Source: a virus. Taken from it: DNA of 26,648 bases. A program made the translations under genes and the position numbers. The stretch is taken from UHGV virus genome UHGV-0191547; one strand, given 5' to 3'. Under the pieces are notes generated by a model. The model did no database searches and was not told where the DNA came from. It saw nothing but the letters and a program-made list of their open reading frames with translations. Below are positions 25,141-26,648 of this stretch, piece after piece. Numbering within the stretch: the stretch's first letter is position 1; the number at the start of each line of letters is the position of its first letter.

Positions 25141-26058
25141 TCAGCAAACAATCTCTTTATATGCTTCTTCTACCATGTCGAATACTTCAGACCTGTAATA
25201 AAAAAATTCTTCGCTACCGCTAAATTTTGCAGGAAACTTGATTTTATAATTGCTGAAAGCCTTATGCATTGTGCTTTCTAATTTATACATATTTCCGGTT
25301 GGCCCTTCTAACGTTTTCACGATATGCAAATCAGGAATTCTAATACCTGCTTTATGTGCGCTTTTTAATATATCATTTCTTCGCTTATTCTCCTTAGTGC
25401 TTACACCGATTTTCATTTGTGTAGGTACTTCCAGATCGTCAACCATGATGTAAAGTTTGCCGCGCTCATGTGATAAGAAACCAATTTTTGCACATTTAGG
25501 ACAACCTTTACCCTGTTTTAGGTTGTGAGGTCTAACAGACCATTCATGATCACAAACCTTGCAGCGGCATAATACATTCTTAAAATTACTAGTGATCTCA
25601 CCCAATACTTCAACATCAGGGTTAACCTTTGAGATAGCTAAAACTTGATCTTCATGTGTTAACTTCGTATTTCCAGCGCATTTCGGACAACTGCGCCCGC
25701 GCTTAAGGTGGGCAGGTATAGCAAACCATTCATGATCACAAACCTTGCAGCGGCATAACACATTCTTAATGCTATTAGTGATCTCACCCAATACTTCAAC
25801 ATCAGGGTTAACCTTTGAGATAGCCGTGACTTGTTCTTTGTGTGATAATGTTCTGCTTTGCGCTCGTTTTAGTTTCGCACATTTCGGGCAGCCGCAACCG
25901 TGCTTAAGATTGTTAGGTTTAGCCGACCATTCATGATCACAAACCTTGCAGCGGCATAATACTTTTGTGTCTGTGTTTATTATTTCTCCCAGCACTTCAA
26001 CATCAGGATTAATTTTCGCAATAGCCGCAATTTGTTCTTCGTGTGTTAACTTACGCAT
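25141..26058 (-). CDS. Triple zinc-ribbon repeat protein with C-terminal T5orf172-like domain
   Basis: 305 aa; three copies of VLCRCKVCDHEW...G.GCPKCA about 62 aa apart, then LYIMVDD...KIGVST...FSGSEEFFY resembling the T5orf172 fold. Confidence 0.65.
   Translation of the reverse strand: MRKLTHEEQIAAIAKINPDVEVLGEIINTDTKVLCRCKVCDHEWSAKPNNLKHGCGCPKCAKLKRAQSRTLSHKEQVTAISKVNPDVEVLGEITNSIKNVLCRCKVCDHEWFAIPAHLKRGRSCPKCAGNTKLTHEDQVLAISKVNPDVEVLGEITSNFKNVLCRCKVCDHEWSVRPHNLKQGKGCPKCAKIGFLSHERGKLYIMVDDLEVPTQMKIGVSTKENKRRNDILKSAHKAGIRIPDLHIVKTLEGPTGNMYKLESTMHKAFSNYKIKFPAKFSGSEEFFYYRSEVFDMVEEAYKEIVC
25539..26025 (-). repeat. Three tandem intragenic repeats of 186-201 bp encoding the zinc-ribbon modules
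   Basis: Units start at about 25539, 25725 and 25926; the first two are about 95 percent identical over the first 100 nt. Confidence 0.8.
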
Positions 26059-26198
26059 CGATCCAACTCCTTAAAACGCCTCAGACGCGCTACAACGCAA
26101 AAATCCACCGCGACACCCATTTGCACAGGTTGCAGTGTCTTATTGCGCCAGAGGCGCTATCATGTGGCTAATTTTTGATTTACAGACTGGTAGGTAGG

Positions 26199-26300
26199 TT
26201 ATGGATTGATAAGAAGGAACAAACCGCCGAACAAAGCGACGTTAACAGCGATTGCAGCAGCGATGGCAAAGGCCAGGGCGAAAACGTGTTTACCGTCCAT
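26199..26300 (-). CDS. Possible small hydrophobic peptide (33 aa, MDGKHVFALAFAIAAAIAVNVALFGGLFLLINP)
   Basis: Hand-translated - strand ORF with AGAGAGGA RBS; almost entirely one predicted transmembrane helix. Confidence 0.2.
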   Translation of the reverse strand: MDGKHVFALAFAIAAAIAVNVALFGGLFLLINP

Positions 26301-26433
26301 TTTTAGATCCTCTCTAAAACGCTCTATAACGAGCTAAACCGCTAAAGATATGCAATCGTAGCACAATGCGTGTTTTAGCTCGCTGGTGAGCTTGTTTTGC
26401 GGGTAATTTTGTGTTTTTGCGGATCGTGGTTGG

Positions 26434-26646
26434 TCAAAGAGCGCCACATCGTGTATCACGTAGCGTTTTTGGTTTAAGCAGGAAATCAAGTGTCGCTGTG
26501 AAGCCATTGCCGAAGTAAAAATCTGAAGCCGTGTTTTTGAACGTTTCAAAGTAGGCGACAAAGCCGTTGATGCTTTTGTCTTTCAGGTAGTCAGTGAACG
26601 CATAAATCTTGCGTTCAAGATCCCGATCCAGTTCGGCAGGTGGCAA
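26434..26646 (-). CDS. Partial CDS (3' end only; N-terminus beyond the window)
   Basis: ORF open to the window edge; the competing frame 26334-26561 makes this uncertain. Confidence 0.25.
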   Translation of the reverse strand: MPPAELDRDLERKIYAFTDYLKDKSINGFVAYFETFKNTASDFYFGNGFTATLDFLLKPKTLRDTRCGAL

Positions 26647-26648
26647 CA

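Larger units (their letters stand above)
1..26648. mobile_element. Lambdoid siphovirus genome/prophage segment: late tail module (+), attP-like region and integrase, early replication/nin region (-)
   Basis: Collinear homologues of lambda H-M-L-K-I-J, a P4-type integrase, AlpA-like excisionase, NinB and a DnaB-like helicase; dense gene packing with overlapping stop/start codons. Confidence 0.85.

Noticed and set aside
26496-26506. GTGAAGCCATT 11-mer matching the cassette promoter element
   Set aside because: It is inside a coding frame, shares only 11 nt, and lacks the downstream TTTTGTATA; most likely chance.

Overview
The window reads as a contiguous segment of a lambda/HK97-like temperate siphovirus genome or prophage. 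On the + strand, 9-18552 is a late head-tail joining and tail module that ends with recognisable lambda-type H, M, L, K, I and J homologues and a side tail fibre with a C-terminal S74-type chaperone domain. A short AT-rich attP-like region with a perfect 22-bp direct repeat (18610-18864) precedes a P4-type tyrosine integrase (18865-20064). The rest (20022-26648, - strand) is an early region transcribed toward the integrase: AlpA-type excisionase, NinB/Orf, DnaB-family helicase, an HTH-metallophosphoesterase fusion and a triple zinc-ribbon/T5orf172 protein. The most unusual feature is that the normally contiguous tail operon is interrupted four times by antisense cargo cassettes (3040-4131, 6662-7384, 8136-9329, 16336-16584), each bracketed by hairpin terminators. 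These cassettes encode small proteins I cannot assign, including two lipoproteins, a RelE/ParE-like candidate toxin and a five-gene block between M and L; they are the best candidates for an undescribed accessory system. Three of them have sigma70-like promoters sharing a CAAAATGG element just upstream of the -35. All protein assignments rest on motifs and alignments recalled from memory; no database search was run. No rRNA, tRNA or CRISPR array was found.
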